From Paraphysomonas bandaiensis (Eukaryota > Protista > Chrysophyceae): a stretch of DNA of 64,000 nt. The notes under the pieces were generated by a model. It ran no database searches. It saw only the letters and a program-made list of their open reading frames with translations, and was not told the origin of the DNA. Both the position numbers and the translations under genes were made by a program. Within the stretch, counting starts at the first letter, position 1. Every line of letters starts with the position of its first letter. The stretch spans positions 310,001 to 374,000 of the forward strand of contig CBFFRP010000066.1 of assembly GCA_965644295.1 (NCBI GenBank), read 5' to 3'. This document shows positions 63,415 to 64,000 of this stretch, piece by piece.

Positions 63415-63526
63415 CGTATCATCTTATTATTCGGAAATAAATTGAAGCAAAAACCTTCTATAGTACCTACATACAACTACAGCTGGAATACACATAATTG
63501 TTGTCTCAATATTAGAGGCATCTTTG
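63415..63526 (+). repeat. Dispersed repeat family R1 copy (truncated)
   Basis: atcttattattcggaaataaattgaagcaaaa...caactacagctggaatacacataattg. Confidence 0.8.
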
Positions 63527-63537
63527 TAAGTTACATA

Positions 63538-63759
63538 CTATATATAGGTATCTCTCTCTCTATCATATAGAGTTATACGTACAGAGAGCAGAAGGAAATG
63601 GAAAAGATTTCTTTCATCTCTCTCAATGCATTCAATCCTTCTCTCTTCCATCTCTTCCTTGTGCAGTTCGATGAGACGATTGTTCGGATCTCCAGCAGCA
63701 CCGTTACTTCCAAGAGTATCAATGACAAAATCTAGTATCTTTTGGCGTTTTGTACCCAA
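63538..63759 (-). other. Possible C-terminal fragment of a charged coiled-coil (transposon-associated?) ORF
   Basis: IELHKEEMEERRIECIERDERNLFHFLL; the upstream part is broken or cut by the window end. Confidence 0.25.
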
Positions 63760-64000
63760 GAAAGAGGGTGAAGGGAACGAACCACACGTGAACTGTGACC
63801 ACTGTTCATAATTACGCTTCCACCAGGTGGTGGAACCAGTCCCCCTGCTGCAATACTGCTCAGTTCTTGGTCACAATATCCTGCTCGTTGAGTGCTGAGT
63901 GCAATGAGGGATATTATAAAAGGTGTGTCTCCTAACTCCTTATGACGAAGTGAGGCTACTCGTCGAGTTGAGTATGATCACCTTAAATAATTCATTATTT

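Overview
This is an intron-containing eukaryotic window with short GT-AG introns. Gene content points to a stramenopile, possibly a chrysophyte-like ochrophyte (inference). The core genes are: a 5'-truncated REJ/EGF polycystin-like membrane protein with a P-x-G-Q repeat stalk (<1-8288); a single-pass receptor with two dCache domains (13179-15593); a BART-domain gene; DUS1; a PHO80/cyclin-U-like cyclin; a KA1-like+ARM protein head-to-head with a CAMK-like kinase; RPL21 divergent from an intronless 3.76-kaa armadillo-repeat gene; and an FG-GAP pseudogene. The most notable structure is a transposon nest in a (TACA)n microsatellite at 16.2-24.3 kb. It holds a decayed CryptonS-like tyrosine-recombinase element whose TATGG terminus merges with the microsatellite, and a pogo/Tigger-like element with 24-bp TIRs and a TA TSD. 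The pogo-like element itself contains a hAT element with 23-bp TIRs and an 8-bp TSD. An orphan 3-exon gene also lies in the nest. The window ends with two tandem Crinkler/CR-like effector genes (coiled-coil header + REase-like + kinase) whose header heptads are reshuffled. No CRISPR array, rRNA or intact tRNA was found.
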